A stretch of DNA of 64,000 bases from Chrysemys picta bellii (Eukaryota): assembly GCF_011386835.1 (NCBI RefSeq), contig NC_088808.1, positions 17,236,001-17,300,000 of the forward strand, in the 5' to 3' direction. The translations under genes were made by a program, and so were the position numbers. The notes beneath the pieces were generated by a model. That model had not been told where the DNA came from, did no database searches, and saw nothing but the letters and a program-made list of their open reading frames with translations. Positions 60,627 to 64,000 of this stretch are shown piece after piece (the first letter of the stretch is position 1; every line of letters begins with the position of its first letter).

Positions 60627-61093
60627 TAAATGGGCATTTGGGGTGCTTTGGGCTGTCCAAGAGATGATACTCTGAATAGGTAATGGTATTTGTTAAGTTG
60701 TAGTGTGGACTTCCTCTACCCCTGCAACTGATAGTGAAGTTCACAACTCTAGTTAGGCTTATTGCTAAATGAAAGTATAATTTAGATGTGTCTTATGTTT
60801 TGGTAGTAAAGCATTGTTAAACAATTAGCAACGTTAATCTTGTGATAGGGATATGTCATGGCTGTCTGAAATTAGATGAGTATCTAATTGTGGTGTAAAT
60901 GGGCTCCTTTCATAGAAATGCCATTTCTAATTGGCTATGGACAGAAATCTTGGGTTTAGGGGTGGTGGGGATGGAGAGCAGGGATTGAGTATGGTAGTAG
61001 AAAACATTATCAAATTCTGGTTTTAACAGAGACCACCCCCCGCCCCCCCATATTGTTTGCTAAATTAGTTGAACAGCAGCTTTTCATACTGTG

Positions 61094-61168
61094 TGCAGAT
61101 GATGCAAAAGAATATTTGCTATCTGAGTGATAGTGCTGACATGTATATCCACCAAGATCGCTGATGCA
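61094..61168 (+). ncRNA. SNORD24: C/D snoRNA U24 (RPL7A intron 2)
   Basis: Box C ATGATG, guide aatatttgctat before D' CTGA, guide ccaccaagatcg before D box CTGA, terminal stem tgca/tgca. Confidence 0.95.
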
Positions 61169-61220
61169 CTCCTATCTGTGCTCTATATTGTACAAGCTCC
61201 CATGACTTTGGAGCATCTGA

Positions 61221-61421
<201 letters not shown>

Positions 61422-62189
61422 TAGTTGCCTATGAGGGGCTGAGAAAACAGAATACTGACTTAACATGTGTAAATCTACATGTTGAGTTAGTTCAATTTGA
61501 AAGTGTGTTTTTGTGCAGGTTCTAATACTGATCAGTGGGGGGGAGGAGGAATTTGTAGTTCCATTCAAGAGCTATCTGAACACACTTGTGCACTGTCAGG
61601 CTAAAGCTTCACCATCTGGGGAAATCTTAGATCATTCCCACTCTCCCTCATGTTCTCCCAAAGATACAAGAGCCCTGATCTTGAATTTGGACCTTTAGTA
61701 TGTACCTTAAGTGTACATGGAAAGCATGGGGCCCAGTTGCATCACTGTAAATAGGTAGTCTCTTGGGTAGAGTTGGATTGGGGATGCAGGCTTGTGGTGG
61801 GAACAGCAGTCAGATATGCTGAGCTAGAATAAGGGGGAAATTGGGGCAGGAGGGTCAGAAAGATGCAACTCCCAACACAAGGAAATGGTTTGTAAAAGGA
61901 CAATAACTGTAGAAGAATTTTCAGCCTAAGTAATACAGAGTAACTAGTTATCTGGGAGGCTGATACAAAATGTGCTGCTCTGTTACAAGGAGAGGGATAA
62001 GTTGCCCCCACACTTTAACCATAGATCCTGTAGAAAGAGGGGTTTAGTTGGTCGATACTATGAGCAGAGATCTATGTTGGTATGAATGAAGCAGGAGTGC
62101 CAGGAAGAGATCTAACTTGTGACATGCAAACGAGAAGCTTAAAATTGGCACTGGAGCTGCATAGTGTAAGAATAAGTTAACACTGATTG

Positions 62190-62262
62190 TGCAAATGATG
62201 ATGATTAATATTTGCTATCTGAGCATTAATGATGACTACTCACCACCAAGATCGCTGATGCA
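62190..62262 (+). ncRNA. SNORD24: Second U24 copy (RPL7A intron 3)
   Basis: tgcaaATGATG...aatatttgctatCTGA...ccaccaagatcgCTGAtgca; both guides identical to the intron-2 copy, spacers diverged. Confidence 0.93.
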
Positions 62263-62314
62263 CAAACGTATCCTTTTTGGGGGGAGGAGAATAATGTGTC
62301 TTTAAGGCAACTAA

Positions 62315-62536
<222 letters not shown>

Positions 62537-62617
62537 TGAACAACTGAAAAGAGTAGGCTACTTCGCTTTCTTCTGTTTTCTTCCTTCTCCACATCAATCA
62601 ATGACTTGGACAAGCTA

Positions 62618-62692
62618 TTGCAATGATGTATGAATTTCTTCACCTGAAATGCAAACTGAAGAGCAAATAAAACGAGCTTTTTAACCCTGAGC
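62618..62692 (+). ncRNA. SNORD36: C/D snoRNA U36 (RPL7A intron 4)
   Basis: ATGATG, guide tgaatttcttcac before D' CTGA, guide cgagctttttaacc before D box CTGA. Confidence 0.93.
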
Positions 62693-62802
62693 TATAGCAG
62701 ATTGTCCATATAATATTCCTCACTTGCAAATCTTGACCAGTAAGAGCTGGTGGCCACACAGTATTGTCCCTTGAATCGTGGATCTATAGGCAAGCCATGT
62801 AA

Positions 62803-62997
<195 letters not shown>

Positions 62998-63329
62998 TAA
63001 TGGTCTGGTCAGATCCCTCTATTGTATGGACTTCTAGGGGTGTCTGGAGCAGTAGTTCAGTAACAGCTCTCTAACTGCGTTGAGCTAGGAAAGGGTAAAT
63101 CCATAACTGGCATTATGCCAGGTTTGGAGTCTAGCTCAGGCAAAGGCATGTTAAGACATTGTTCATTATAGAAAACAGCATGAAGTAGTAAAACTAACCT
63201 TGAAAGAATCTGAGATAAATTGTTACTGTTCTTACTTTGTGTTGTACAGAACATACATACAATAAACCGAATTGTACTGAATGGTCCTAGTGTTAAAGTT
63301 CCTGGCTTTTACATGGTGAGGCTTGGCCA

Positions 63330-63407
63330 TTGCAATGATGTATGAATTTCTTCACCTGAAACTCAACCATGAAGAGTAAACTACACGAGCTTTTTAACCC
63401 TGAGCAA
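63330..63407 (+). ncRNA. SNORD36: C/D snoRNA U36 (RPL7A intron 5)
   Basis: Same boxes and both guides as the intron-4 copy; terminal stem ttggc.attgc / gcaat.gccaa. Confidence 0.93.
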
Positions 63408-63505
63408 TTGCCAAAGCCCACGCTTTATTCTTGGCATGTTGCAAAGCCAAGAGATAGTCTTCATTCTTGGGTCTCTGACCCGACACATCCTTAATCTCTT
63501 TCTAG

Positions 63506-63637
<132 letters not shown>

Positions 63638-64000
63638 TAAGTGTTTCTTCTCATTCTTTCTAAGAATCTAAATTTGATCAGTTCAGAAGCAGAGAGCATA
63701 CAGCTAATCCCCATAGTTAAATATTGGGGGGTGGGAGGGGAAGATAATCTTCCAAGGAAAAACCCACACCAGATGTCTATTCTAGACTAAGTACCTACAG
63801 ACTTAAAAAAACAAACTGAACAATATATGGGGCCTGATTAAAAACCATTGCTAATACAGGTGTAACTCGGGATATGTCTACACAGCAATAAGACCTATGG
63901 CTGTGGTGGTCCAGGACAGTTGATTCAGGCTTGGACTGTGGGGTTTTAGAATTGCATTGTAGACATCTGGGCTCAGGCTGGAGCCTAGGTTCTGATTCCC

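Overview
Vertebrate genomic DNA, very probably from a turtle (tRNA-derived SINE with a CR1 tail, plus turtle-type hAT, Harbinger, LTR, DIRS and Penelope repeats). It covers the ABO/Surfeit locus. Genes: ABO-type GT6 glycosyltransferase (- strand, 7 exons reconstructed, 35086 to 11053), MED22/SURF5 (+, 40045-46713, two C-terminal isoforms), SURF6 (+, 51666-56118) and RPL7A/SURF3 (+, exons 1-6, running off the window). RPL7A introns carry two SNORD24 and two SNORD36 copies. The most notable observations are six. (1) A family of Penelope-like element (PLE) insertions with minimal hammerhead-ribozyme motifs, fold-back structure and repeated 12-bp target-site duplications; one lies just downstream of the ABO stop codon and one landed inside another copy's ribozyme core. 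(2) Two adjacent PLEs with reciprocally swapped TSDs, implying a local inversion. (3) The MED22-SURF6 block is inverted relative to the human order, breaking the head-to-head MED22/RPL7A arrangement. (4) An inverted duplication of RPL7A upstream DNA at the window start. (5) A possible 1-bp frameshift in the ABO transmembrane exon. (6) A DIRS retrotransposon in ABO intron 4 whose 3' end is replaced by a 33-bp inverted templated patch. All coordinates and comparisons were read by eye; comparisons with human genes are from memory and need alignment to confirm.
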